Below are positions 1 through 8,638 of a DNA stretch of 64,000 nucleotides, in pieces. The notes under the pieces are model-generated. The model ran no database searches. It was not told where the DNA came from and was given only the letters and a program-made list of their open reading frames with translations. Origin of the DNA: an uncultured Thermoplasmata archaeon (GTDB lineage: Archaea > Thermoplasmatota > Thermoplasmata > UBA10834); assembly GCA_964488505.1 (NCBI GenBank), contig CAZAUI010000007.1:725-64724 (forward strand), read 5' to 3'. Position numbers and translations under genes: made by a program. Each line of letters opens with the position of its first letter. Position 1 is the first letter of the stretch.

Positions 1-1
1 G

Positions 2-298
2 TGCACGCACTGCGTCTCGTGTGGCGAGGAATGCTGCGTCCTGAACTGCCCGGTCGAGGCGATCAAGAACGAGGATGGCATCGTCAGGGTCGAGGAGAGC
101 GAGTGCACGGCGTGCGGCACCTGCGTCGAGGTGTGCCCGTTCGGCGTGATGCGCATGGAGGATGTCGCGTTCAAGTGCGACCTGTGCGGAGGCGACCCGA
201 CCTGCGTGAAGTTCTGCCCGATGGGCGCCATCAAGTACGAGGAGCCCAAGCCCGAGCAGTACGAGCTCGTCAAGAGGCTCCTCAAGGAGGAGGAGTGA
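2..298 (+). CDS. 4Fe-4S dicluster ferredoxin-domain protein, 5'-truncated by the window edge (probable electron partner of the downstream AOR)
   Basis: Own translation of frame 2 (absent from the ORF track because there is no start in the window): CTHCVSCGEECCVLNCPVEAIKNEDGIVRVEESECTACGTCVEVCPFGVMRMEDVAFKCDLCGGDPTCVKFCPMGAIKYEE. It has repeated CxxCxxC...CP cluster motifs. TGA at 296-298 lies 1 nt before the aor ATG. Track ORF 1..303 (frame 1, R/G/V-rich) is the wrong frame. Confidence 0.8.
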   Translation, partial: CTHCVSCGEECCVLNCPVEAIKNEDGIVRVEESECTACGTCVEVCPFGVMRMEDVAFKCDLCGGDPTCVKFCPMGAIKYEEPKPEQYELVKRLLKEEE

Positions 299-299
299 C

Positions 300-2129
300 A
301 TGAAAGGGTTCGCAGGCAGGATACTCAAGATAGACCTCACGACGGGCAGGAGCTCCGTCAAGACGACGGACGAGAGGTATGTGAGGAAGTACCTGGGAGG
401 CCAGGGCTTCGCGGTCGAGCTCGTATACCACGGGGTCCCGGAAGGGGCCGACGCGCTCTCGCCTGAGAACGTGCTCGCGATGGCGCCGGGCCTGTTCGCC
501 GGATACCCGGTCCCGACGGGCGGCAAGACCGCGTTCGCGGGGAAGTCGCCGGCCACGAACACGCTCGCCGAGAGCGTCATGGGCGGGTCCATAGGGGCGG
601 AGCTCAGGCACGCCGGCTATGACGCGCTGGAGATCCACGGCAGGAGCGACGCGCCGGCGTACATATTCATCGAGGACGACAAGGTCGAGGTCAACGAGGC
701 GGAGGACATCTGGGGCAAGGACACCAGGGCCACCCCCGAGACGCTCAAGAAGCGCCACGGCTGGGACGTGAAGGTCGCGTGCATCGGGGTCGCCGGCGAG
801 AAGCTCGTCAGGATGGCGTGCATCGACTGCGACGACAGGCAGTCCGGGAGGGCCGGGCTCGGCGCGGTCATGGGGTCGAAGAACCTGAAGGCCATAGTGG
901 TCAGGGGCACCAAGGACCTCGAGCCCGCGGACCCGGGTGCGCTCCTGGAGATCGCGCTCAGGTACCAGAAGATCATGGAGGCCGCGCCGTCCTTCGTCGA
1001 GGACACGAAGTACGGCACGGGCGAGTTCCTGGGCTGGATAAACAAGGAGAAGGGCGTGTTCCCGACCAGGAACTGGCAGGAGAGCGTGTTCAAGGAGCGG
1101 GAGCAGATCGACCCGTACTACTGGGCCACCAGGTACGTGGCCAAGAACAAGGCCTGCTTCTCCTGCACCAAGCCCTGCGGCAAGCTGTTCGAGGTCAAGG
1201 ACGGCAAGTTCGCGGGGGTCGTGATCGACGGGCTGGAGTACGAGACCCTGTACTCGCTCGGAGGCACCTGCGGCAACTCGAGGATAGAGTCCGTCGCGAA
1301 GGCCAACGAGGTCTGCGACCTCGTCGGCATAGACACCATATCCGCAGGGGTCACGATCGGCTTCGCGATGGAGCTGGTCCAGAGAGGCATACTGACCGAG
1401 CAGGAGGTCGGCATGAAGCTCACATGGGACAACGCCGAGGACGCCGTGCCGATGATGTGCGAGCTCATGGGCAGGCGCGAGGGCTTCGGGGACGTCCTGG
1501 CCGACGGGGTCAAGAGGGCCGCCGAGAGGATAGGCAAGGGCTCCGCGAGGTACGCGATACACACGAAGGGTCTCGAGCCGCCCGCGTACGACGTCAGGGG
1601 CATGAAGGGCCACGGGCTGGCGTACATGACCTCCACCAGGGGCGCGTGCCACCTCAGGGCCGGGTTCTACGCGCCCGAGCTCGTCGGCAAGTTCTGGCGC
1701 TGGGAGGGCATAGACAGGTTCTCCACGGAGGGCAAGGGCGAGAAGGTCGCCACCATGGAGAACTTCATGTGCGTCTACGACTCGGTGGGGCTGTGCAAGT
1801 TCTCGAGGGGCTTCTTCCTCATCGACAAGCTCAGGGAGGTCATCAAGGCCATCACCGGGCTCGAGTTCACCGAGGACGAGCTGCTCAGGACCGGCGAGAG
1901 GATACACAACATGAAGGGCAACTTCAACGTGCTCCAGGGGGTCACCAGGAAGGACTGGCTGCTGCCCCCGAGGGTCCTGGAGGACCCCATACCGGACGGA
2001 CCGTCCAAGGGCTCGAAGATCAGCGTCGAGGAGATGAACAAGATGCTCGACGACTACATGGCCTTCAGGAAGTGGACCTCCGAAGGGGTCCCGACGCCGG
2101 AGAAGCTGAAGGAGCTCGACATAGCGTAG
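300..2129 (+). CDS. aor: Aldehyde:ferredoxin oxidoreductase (tungstopterin AOR family)
   Basis: 609-aa ORF. N-terminus MKGFAGRILKIDLTTG...YLGGQGF and the later ...MENFMCVYDSVGLCKFS... are typical of the AOR family. GGAGGAGGAG lies just upstream and a ferredoxin gene immediately precedes it. Confidence 0.93.
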   Translation: MKGFAGRILKIDLTTGRSSVKTTDERYVRKYLGGQGFAVELVYHGVPEGADALSPENVLAMAPGLFAGYPVPTGGKTAFAGKSPATNTLAESVMGGSIGAELRHAGYDALEIHGRSDAPAYIFIEDDKVEVNEAEDIWGKDTRATPETLKKRHGWDVKVACIGVAGEKLVRMACIDCDDRQSGRAGLGAVMGSKNLKAIVVRGTKDLEPADPGALLEIALRYQKIMEAAPSFVEDTKYGTGEFLGWINKEKGVFPTRNWQESVFKEREQIDPYYWATRYVAKNKACFSCTKPCGKLFEVKDGKFAGVVIDGLEYETLYSLGGTCGNSRIESVAKANEVCDLVGIDTISAGVTIGFAMELVQRGILTEQEVGMKLTWDNAEDAVPMMCELMGRREGFGDVLADGVKRAAERIGKGSARYAIHTKGLEPPAYDVRGMKGHGLAYMTSTRGACHLRAGFYAPELVGKFWRWEGIDRFSTEGKGEKVATMENFMCVYDSVGLCKFSRGFFLIDKLREVIKAITGLEFTEDELLRTGERIHNMKGNFNVLQGVTRKDWLLPPRVLEDPIPDGPSKGSKISVEEMNKMLDDYMAFRKWTSEGVPTPEKLKELDIA

Positions 2130-2175
2130 GCTGCCCGGAAAAGCAAAACCCGCAAACCCCTTGAGCCTTTGATTC

Positions 2176-2523
2176 TCAGATGAGTTTGATCGTATCGGCG
2201 AGCTTGAGCAGCTCCCTCTTCGCGACCGAGGCGTCCGCCCTGGTGGGCAGGACTGTGACGACGAGCGCCTTCCGGCCCGCCCCGACGACGAGCATCTTCG
2301 CGTCCTCGCTCTCCACCAGGACGCTCAAGGGCGTGCCCACCCTGAGCTCGGAGTTGGCCGTCGACGCGGCCCCTATGAGCGTGGCGCACATGATGGCGAA
2401 CGTGTCCATGGACACGCCGTCCGGGAGGTCCGCGGCTATGACGAGCCCGTCCCGGCTTATTATGGCGGATGCGATGGACCCGCAGCTCTGCCTTAGAGCC
2501 CTGAGGGCCGGTTTGAGCTCCAG
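2176..2523 (-). CDS. Roadblock/LC7 (MglB-like) domain protein; initiation codon unresolved
   Basis: The track gives 2176..2415 (GTG). The same frame stays open up to 2637 and encodes the missing N-terminal half of the fold (DLELKPALRALRQSCGSIASAIISRDGLVIAADLPDGV). There is no ATG/GTG/TTG in that stretch, so the upper coordinate is set at an in-frame CTG and is uncertain. Confidence 0.6.
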   Translation of the reverse strand: MELKPALRALRQSCGSIASAIISRDGLVIAADLPDGVSMDTFAIMCATLIGAASTANSELRVGTPLSVLVESEDAKMLVVGAGRKALVVTVLPTRADASVAKRELLKLADTIKLI

Positions 2524-2524
2524 A

Positions 2525-2935
2525 TCAACCGCCTCCCAGAGGTTCCACTCTGAACACGCAGTGCTTGTCGCCCTTGCTGACGCATTCGACTTCCTCGCAG
2601 TGGAGGCGCTTGTGCCCGTTGACCTCGTACACCCTCTTCACGATGCCGCGGAGCCTGTGACATGTCGGGACGTCGGACTGGCAGGCCTCGATCGAGCCCT
2701 CGGCAACGGCGTCCATCTCTTCGAACACGATGTTTTCCACCCATCCCCTCGCCCTGAGCAGGTTGGCGCATATCTCGAAGTACTTGTCCGGCTCCTGGAG
2801 GGCAATCTTCGAGACCTCCTCGCCCAGGATCATGCCCTCCCGGAAGAACAGCCCGTAGCACGCCTGAGACATCACGCCCTCGTAGAGCTTGCGTATCTCT
2901 TCGTACTCCGCCTGGGAGAGCTTGACGAACTTCAT
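2525..2935 (-). CDS. V4R (4-vinyl-reductase-type) small-molecule-binding domain protein
   Basis: The C-terminus ...HKRLHCEEVECVSKGDKHCVFRVEPL matches the V4R Cys...GD..C.F signature. The start is taken at ATG 2935 (MKFVKLSQAEYEEI), 30-37 nt downstream of a TATTTAAT box. The track start at 3013 looks over-extended. Confidence 0.7.
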   Translation of the reverse strand: MKFVKLSQAEYEEIRKLYEGVMSQACYGLFFREGMILGEEVSKIALQEPDKYFEICANLLRARGWVENIVFEEMDAVAEGSIEACQSDVPTCHRLRGIVKRVYEVNGHKRLHCEEVECVSKGDKHCVFRVEPLGGG

Positions 2936-2964
2936 CGCAACCGCCCTTGGATTCATATTGTTGC

Positions 2965-2972
2965 TATTTAAT
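2965..2972. promoter_or_regulatory. AT-rich TATA-like box in the divergent V4R / AMMECR1 intergenic region
   Basis: TATTTAAT is the only AT-rich element between the divergent starts at 2935 (-) and 3043 (+). Confidence 0.4.
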
Positions 2973-3042
2973 GTTTGGCGCACGGACGTCGAGCCCTCGG
3001 ACACGGCCAGCACGCCGTAGCAGAAGCGGTTGAAAAGTCTTT

Positions 3043-3696
3043 ATGGGTGAGATTCGATTGAGCTACAAGGAGAACATGTTTTCCGATGAGGACGGTCGTC
3101 TGGCGGTCGCTGCCGCGAGAGCCGTCGTTGAGAACCATGTGAGAGGCGAGAAACCCGCGAAGCTGGACCTGTCTGACGTGTTCAAGAAGAAGTCGGGCGT
3201 GTTCGTCACGCTCACGACGCACCCGACAGGCGACCTCCGGGGATGCATAGGGTATCCTGAACCGCTTCTGCCCCTTGAGGAGGCGCTCAGGGACTCGGCC
3301 GTGAGCGCGTGCTCCAGAGACCCCAGGTTCCCGCCGGTCAAGCCCGCGGAGCTGGAGAGGGTGAAGGTCGAGGTGAGCCTCCTGACGCCCCCCGAGGAGA
3401 TCAAGGTCAAGAAACCCACGGACCTCCCGAAGCATGTGGAGGTGGGGCTTGACGGGCTGATAGTGCAACGCGGGCTCAACCGCGGCCTGCTGCTCCCCCA
3501 GGTCCCGGTGGAGTGGGGATGGAACTCAGCGGAGTTCCTGTCCCAGACTTGCCTGAAGGCCGGGCTCGCGCCGGACACATGGCTCAGGGAGGGCACGAAG
3601 GTTTTCAAGTTCCAGGCGGAGGTCTTCTCCGAGGACCGCCCCCGAGGAGCGGTCAAGAGAAGGAGTCTGGATGAAGAGAATGGACCTTGTCATTGA
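3043..3696 (+). CDS. AMMECR1 domain protein
   Basis: GCIGYPEPLLPLEEALRDSAVSACSRDPRFPP is the AMMECR1 core motif. The 217-aa length fits archaeal members. Confidence 0.9.
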   Translation: MGEIRLSYKENMFSDEDGRLAVAAARAVVENHVRGEKPAKLDLSDVFKKKSGVFVTLTTHPTGDLRGCIGYPEPLLPLEEALRDSAVSACSRDPRFPPVKPAELERVKVEVSLLTPPEEIKVKKPTDLPKHVEVGLDGLIVQRGLNRGLLLPQVPVEWGWNSAEFLSQTCLKAGLAPDTWLREGTKVFKFQAEVFSEDRPRGAVKRRSLDEENGPCH

Positions 3697-4945
3697 GGGC
3701 GAGTGCTACATATCCGGCCGGTTCGAGAGGGCGTGCATCGCGGTAGATGCGGGCAGGATAGTGGCCCTCGCGCGGAACCTGGAGGGGGAGAGGCGGCTCG
3801 ACTTCGGCAGCAGGAAGATCCTGCCGGCCGCGATAGACTCCCATGTGCACCTCAGGGAACCCGGCATGACCCAGAAGGAGGACTTCGGCACGGGGTCCCT
3901 GGCAGCGCTCCACGGAGGAGTGAGCTGCGTCCTGGAAATGCCGAACACCGTCCCGCCCACGGGCACTGTCCAGGCCCTCGTCGAGAAGTCCGCGCTCGCG
4001 GCATCGAAGTCACTCGCGGACTTCGGGCTGTTCGCGGCCGTGAGGCCAGGCGTCGACATAGCCGCGCTCTCCGAGAGGGCCGTCGGCTTCAAGCTCTACA
4101 TGGCCGGCACGACCGGCGACCTGCTCGTCCCGTCCCTGCAGTCGGTGGAGGCCGAGCTCGCGGCGGTCGCCAGGTCCGGGAAGGTGCTCGCAGTGCACGC
4201 GGAGGACGAGACGCTCAGGCGCAAGGAGCCGGAGAGGTGCCTCGCGGACCACCTGAGGAACAGGCCGAACGAGTGCGAGGCCAGCGCGGTCCGGAAGATC
4301 GCGAAGGCCGCGGAGGCGTGCCGAACGCACATATGCCATGTCTCGGCGAAGGAGTCCCTGCCGCTGGTGCACGGACGGCCCAACATCACCTCGGAGGTCA
4401 CTCCGCACCACCTGCTCCTTGACAGGGACAGGGCGCTGGGGAACTTCGGGAAGGTTAACCCGCCGCTCAGGACCAGGGCCGACAGACAGGCGCTCTTCCT
4501 CGCGTTCAAACAGGGCAAGTTCGACACGATGGCGTCGGACCATGCCCCGCACACGGTCGACGAGAAGAAGGAGGACTTCGAATTCGCCCCCAGCGGGATG
4601 CCGGGGACGGAGACGATGTTCCCCATCATGCTCCAGCACGTGAGAGACAAACACCTCGCCCTGACGACCGTCGTCAGGGCGCTCTGCGAGAGGCCGGGGG
4701 AGATGTTCGGGATCAAGAAGGGCAGGATAGACATCGGATACGACGCGGACCTGATCGTCGTCGATTTCGCGGACGGGCAGGACATCAGGGCGGACGACCT
4801 GTACTCCAAGTGCGGCTGGACGCCATACGAGGGCATGCCGGCGGTCTTCCCGAAGGCGGTCGTCGTCCGCGGCGAGCTCGCGATGAAGGACGGGGAAAGG
4901 GCCGGGGAGCTCAGGGGAAGGGACGTTGTCACGAATGGCCGATGA
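3671..4945 (+). CDS. pyrC: Dihydroorotase (cyclic amidohydrolase superfamily)
   Basis: Metal-ligand motifs AIDSHVHLREPG, ...VHAED... and MASDHAPH, plus a 424-aa length, fit archaeal PyrC. It overlaps the AMMECR1 stop by 26 nt; an alternative ATG lies at 3680. Confidence 0.8.
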   Translation: MKRMDLVIEGECYISGRFERACIAVDAGRIVALARNLEGERRLDFGSRKILPAAIDSHVHLREPGMTQKEDFGTGSLAALHGGVSCVLEMPNTVPPTGTVQALVEKSALAASKSLADFGLFAAVRPGVDIAALSERAVGFKLYMAGTTGDLLVPSLQSVEAELAAVARSGKVLAVHAEDETLRRKEPERCLADHLRNRPNECEASAVRKIAKAAEACRTHICHVSAKESLPLVHGRPNITSEVTPHHLLLDRDRALGNFGKVNPPLRTRADRQALFLAFKQGKFDTMASDHAPHTVDEKKEDFEFAPSGMPGTETMFPIMLQHVRDKHLALTTVVRALCERPGEMFGIKKGRIDIGYDADLIVVDFADGQDIRADDLYSKCGWTPYEGMPAVFPKAVVVRGELAMKDGERAGELRGRDVVTNGR

Positions 4946-6086
4946 CACAGGCGGGCCCGACCTGTCCGAGCTGGACGGGCTGACCTACACCTGCGTCGAC
5001 GGATGTGCGCTCTGTTGCCTGTGCCAGCCCGAGCTCCTCCCTGACGAGGAGCGCAAGTTCAGGGGCGACCCAAGGCTCTCGCTGGGACTCGCGGAAAGAC
5101 ACATATCGCCGGACGTAGAGGGAGCCGCGATAAGACTCCAGGGCGACCACGGCGCGTGCCACTTCCTCAAGGGCCGGAGGTGCTCGATCTACGACTCGCG
5201 CCCGCACTACTGCCGGGCGTTCCCCCTGAGCGTGTTCGCCGGGTGGAGGATACAGGTCAACGCGAACCTGTCATGCAGGGGCATGGGCCTTCCCGGGGAG
5301 GACCTGAGGTCTGTCGGAGAGGCTCTCCTGGCGCGGCTCGGCGAGGCCTGCCTGGCGGAGGAACTGAGGGAGTCGAGGGCAGTCTTCGACGAGTTCACAG
5401 GCAACACGAGGGACGCCAAGGTGGCGCAGTCGGTGCCGTCGCTGAGGACGGCCGCGGACGCCCTAATGCACGAGCTCACCGAGGAGCTGGGGCTCAGCAG
5501 GATCCTGACTTATGCGGAATCAGGGAGCACGCGGCAGAACTCGTCCGCCCAGGACATCGCCAGGAGGGCGAGGGGCGAGGAGCCTGACGCCGACGTGCAC
5601 GAGCTCGGGATGTCCCTCGGGACCGAGCTGTTCGACCTCCCTGACCTGAGCTTCCTGCCGGTCTATGTGGACGAGAGGCTCTCATGGAGGATCTTCAAGC
5701 TCGTAGGGGAGCAGATCGTCGGATACGTCCTCAACGAGGACGGCAGCACCGAGGAGCGGTCCCGGACCGCGCCAGCGGATGTGTCCCTCCTGCCCATGAC
5801 GGGACCAGGCAGGAAGACGCTCGAACAGTACCTGAGGACCGTCAACGGGAGGGACTGCTTCGTGGGGCACGCGGCAAACCTCCTGGACCTCGAGGACTAC
5901 TCCTACAACTTCGCCCAGGCGTACCTGGGCGCGCTGGGCCACTCGGCCGTGGACCTCTGGTGGCGCTCCTCGTTCCTGGCAGGCCTGCACGGGGCGAGCG
6001 CGCTGGACGCCAAGGACGTGAGGGAGGGCATCATCTTCTTCGACATGGACATGCTGGACCAGCCGACCATAGGCGCGTTCCTGTAA
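4935..6086 (+). CDS. YkgJ/UPF0153-type Cys-cluster (Fe-S/Zn) protein with a long uncharacterised C-terminal extension
   Basis: CVDGCALCCLCQPELL ... GACHFLKGRRCSIYDSRPHYCRAFP is the CxxCxxCC YkgJ motif. The start is taken at ATG 4935; the track uses TTG 4926. Confidence 0.6.
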   Translation: MADDTGGPDLSELDGLTYTCVDGCALCCLCQPELLPDEERKFRGDPRLSLGLAERHISPDVEGAAIRLQGDHGACHFLKGRRCSIYDSRPHYCRAFPLSVFAGWRIQVNANLSCRGMGLPGEDLRSVGEALLARLGEACLAEELRESRAVFDEFTGNTRDAKVAQSVPSLRTAADALMHELTEELGLSRILTYAESGSTRQNSSAQDIARRARGEEPDADVHELGMSLGTELFDLPDLSFLPVYVDERLSWRIFKLVGEQIVGYVLNEDGSTEERSRTAPADVSLLPMTGPGRKTLEQYLRTVNGRDCFVGHAANLLDLEDYSYNFAQAYLGALGHSAVDLWWRSSFLAGLHGASALDAKDVREGIIFFDMDMLDQPTIGAFL

Positions 6087-6192
6087 GGCCGGGCCTGACG
6101 GGCCCGGATGGACAGGAATGTACAACGTGTTCCCGAACCGACCTGCGAAAGGTTCGATTGGCGTTCGGTTCGATGGTTGGATTACGAAAGCG

Positions 6193-6200
6193 TTATCTAT
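6193..6200 (+). promoter_or_regulatory. TATA-like box for the Lrp gene
   Basis: TTATCTAT lies about 47-54 nt upstream of TTG 6247. AGAGGGGGA (SD-like) lies 8 nt upstream of that TTG. Confidence 0.4.
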
Positions 6201-6246
6201 CCGATTTTCATGTTACCTTTTCGAACGTTTTAGAGGGGGACCTCAC

Positions 6247-6717
6247 TTGGACAAACCGGACCCGGTCACTTTGGACAAGAGCGACAAGATCATATTGAAA
6301 ATGCTTCAAGAGGACTGCAACATCAGCCTGAAGAAGATCGGGGAGAAGACTGGCCTGTCCTCTTCGACGGTGCACTACAGGGTGAACCGTCTGATCGAGG
6401 AGGGCGTCATCACAGGGTTCAAGGCGTGCGTCAACCCGCTCAAGGTGGGCAAGGAGATACTGGCGATATCGCTCATAACGGGGCGCTACGGTCCTGACTA
6501 CTCCAAGAAGATAGGCGAGAGGATATCGAAGATAAACGGTGTCTGGGCGACCTACTTCCTCCTGGGGAACATCGACTTCGCGGTCCTGCTCAGGGCGTCC
6601 TCGAGGGAGGAGCTGAAGGACATCGTCGACTCGTTCATCAGGATAGACGAGGTCGAGCGCAGCAACACCTACCTCATACTGGACAGGATAAAGGAAGACA
6701 TGACCGTCCAGCTCTAG
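6247..6717 (+). CDS. Lrp/AsnC family transcriptional regulator
   Basis: LDKSDKIILKMLQEDCNISLKKIGEKTGLSSSTVHYRVNRLIEEGVI is the HTH_AsnC part, followed by a RAM-type C-terminal domain. The track start at 6118 is over-extended. In-frame TTG codons at 6247 (with SD) and 6271 are the plausible starts. Confidence 0.85.
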   Translation: MDKPDPVTLDKSDKIILKMLQEDCNISLKKIGEKTGLSSSTVHYRVNRLIEEGVITGFKACVNPLKVGKEILAISLITGRYGPDYSKKIGERISKINGVWATYFLLGNIDFAVLLRASSREELKDIVDSFIRIDEVERSNTYLILDRIKEDMTVQL

Positions 6718-6740
6718 CCGACGAACGGCTGAGCCTCGGC

Positions 6741-7973
6741 CTACTGGTGCTTCAGGGCGGTCGAGAAAGCCGCCAGGTAGTCCTCTATCCGCTTGATGCG
6801 CACGGACACCTTGGACAGGTCGTTGGTGATTGCCTCGACGTTCGGGCTCAGGTCGGGCGGGAGCTTGGGCAGTTCCGGTATCTTGATGTTCTCCGCCATG
6901 GACCTCACGGCAGCGACCTCCCTGACGAGGTCCTCCACCCTCTCCGGCAGTTCGTCCTCGGGCTCCTCCTTGGGCGCCTGGAGCGCGTCCACGGCCTTCT
7001 TGAGCGCGGATATGTCCTCAGACAGGCCCGAGACCGCGGCCTGGAGGCGCGTGTCCCTGGCAGGCGTCTGGGTCGAGGCCACGGCCTTGTCTATCTTACG
7101 GTCTGTCGTGGCCAGTATGACCCCGAGGCCCTTGACGACCTTCTTGTCTATCTCCTTCCTGAACTCGTGCAGCTCCGTCCTGAGCTGCTCCTCGATCGCC
7201 TGCAGCTTCTCGCCCTGGGCCTTGACGTCCTTGAGCATGGCGGAGACCTCCGACATCAGCGCGGAGGTCGCCTGTATCGTCTGGAGGTCCGAGGGGGACA
7301 TCCCGGGGGCCCTCTGGGTAGCCACGTTGTAACGCCTCATGCCGTCGACCATGGCCAGCATGTCCTGGTTGGGCCCGCTACGCTGTATCGCGTGCCTTAC
7401 GGGCTCCAGCCTCGCCATGACTGTCTCCGCCATCTTGACGGGGGCCTTGATCCAGTCGCCCATGTTCCCGAGCTCGGTGATGACCTTCTCGAGCTGACGG
7501 GCGGCCTCCGCCATGTCCGAGCTCTCCATGGCGCGTATGTCCCTGATCGCGTCCCTGCGGCCCTTGGCGGCCGCGTCATCGACCGAGTAGCCTTCGTGCG
7601 GGTACACGGTCGCGAGGTATGAGACCCCTGACATCACCCTGCCCATCACATGGTCCCAGTCCTGGCTCGTGACGGCGATGGTGGGCCGGTCGGACTTCTC
7701 GAACAGGAGACAGAAGCTCTCGTTCGGCATGAAGCAGGCCTCGATCGAATACGGATGGTTCCTGAAGAACAGGGGCGGGTGCTCCGGGCTCTCGCTCTGG
7801 ACGGCGCCCATGTACGCGCTCACATAGGCCCTCGCGTAGTTCGCGAGGTCGATGTCGGTCGGTCCTATGTCTTTCTGGCCGCTAGCTGCCGCGTTCATGC
7901 CTGCACCATGCCCTGAGTCAACCCAGAGTCCACTCTTGACACGATAGAGGGAGAGGGCTGCACCATCCCGCAT
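6741..7973 (-). CDS. Hypothetical protein: N-terminal globular domain plus long C-terminal coiled-coil
   Basis: 410-aa ORF with coding-like composition. The C-terminal 200 aa are heptad-like and rich in E, K, L and A (…LKDVKAQGEKLQAIEEQLRTELHEFRKEIDKK…). No family was recognised. An alternative start is ATG 7898 (MNAAASGQKD). Confidence 0.6.
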   Translation of the reverse strand: MRDGAALSLYRVKSGLWVDSGHGAGMNAAASGQKDIGPTDIDLANYARAYVSAYMGAVQSESPEHPPLFFRNHPYSIEACFMPNESFCLLFEKSDRPTIAVTSQDWDHVMGRVMSGVSYLATVYPHEGYSVDDAAAKGRRDAIRDIRAMESSDMAEAARQLEKVITELGNMGDWIKAPVKMAETVMARLEPVRHAIQRSGPNQDMLAMVDGMRRYNVATQRAPGMSPSDLQTIQATSALMSEVSAMLKDVKAQGEKLQAIEEQLRTELHEFRKEIDKKVVKGLGVILATTDRKIDKAVASTQTPARDTRLQAAVSGLSEDISALKKAVDALQAPKEEPEDELPERVEDLVREVAAVRSMAENIKIPELPKLPPDLSPNVEAITNDLSKVSVRIKRIEDYLAAFSTALKHQ

Positions 7974-8158
7974 CGGGGAGAGTGGTGAAATACCTTTGCG
8001 GTCCCAATCTCAACCGTGATAACAAACCGCCGGGGCTGCGCGAACATAGGCGCATGGACGGGCGCGGACACTGCCCGGGACGGGCCGTCGGAGGGGGTGC
8101 CAGGAGGTCCGCGGACCGCTCAGGCTGACCCGGAAAGGTTTAAGTACAGTACCAGATT

Positions 8159-8395
8159 ATGGGGACTCAGGTGTTTAATTTGATGAAACCCCTGGCAGTT
8201 CTGAACAAGGCGATCAACCAGCAGGTTATCGTGGAGCTTAAGGGGAAGAGGGGGTACCGCGGGACCCTCGACGGATACGACCCTCACATGAACCTCGTGC
8301 TGAGAAACGCCGAGGAGATACTGGACGCGAAGACCACCCGCAAGATGGATGCGATCATCGTCCGCGGGGACAACGTCATATACATTTCGCCGTGA
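8159..8395 (+). CDS. Sm-like archaeal protein (SmAP/LSm)
   Basis: [43 protein letters not shown]...[12 protein letters not shown] carries the Sm1/Sm2 motifs. A TATA-like TTTAAGTA at 8139-8146 suggests the second ATG (8183, MKPLAVL) may be the real start. Confidence 0.93.
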   Translation: MGTQVFNLMKPLAVLNKAINQQVIVELKGKRGYRGTLDGYDPHMNLVLRNAEEILDAKTTRKMDAIIVRGDNVIYISP

Positions 8396-8406
8396 GGTAA
8401 GGTAGG

Positions 8407-8574
8407 ATGACAAAGGGCACTCCGTCGATGGGCAAGAGAAGCTCGAAGAAGACGCACATCATATGCAGGCGGTGCGGCAAGAGGGCCTACCATGTCCGCA
8501 AGAAGGTGTGCGCCTCGTGTGGCTTCGGCGCGACCGCGAAGATCAGGACCTATAACTGGGCGAAGCAGCACTAG
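8407..8574 (+). CDS. rpl37e: Ribosomal protein eL37 (L37e)
   Basis: Hand-translated, too short for the track: [55 protein letters not shown]. It has a CxxC...CxxC zinc ribbon. The Sm-L37e gene pair is a conserved archaeal arrangement. Confidence 0.9.
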   Translation: MTKGTPSMGKRSSKKTHIICRRCGKRAYHVRKKVCASCGFGATAKIRTYNWAKQH

Positions 8575-8638
8575 ATGAAACGCTTTCCTTTGATATGGGG
8601 GTTGAGGTCAAACGGAACCTGAGCACCCGAGGGAGGAG

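Noticed and set aside
282-1907. 541-aa ORF antisense to aor
   Set aside because: It lies fully inside and antisense to a strongly recognisable AOR gene. The translation is R/P/G/L/V-rich low-complexity text typical of the reverse frame of high-GC coding DNA. No motif is present.
7974-8158. GC-rich 185-bp intergenic region upstream of the Sm gene as a possible structured ncRNA (for example a fragment of SRP or RNase P RNA)
   Set aside because: It is too short for those RNAs. I could not identify any conserved motif or convincing extended helices, so it is more likely a promoter/5' region of the divergent genes.
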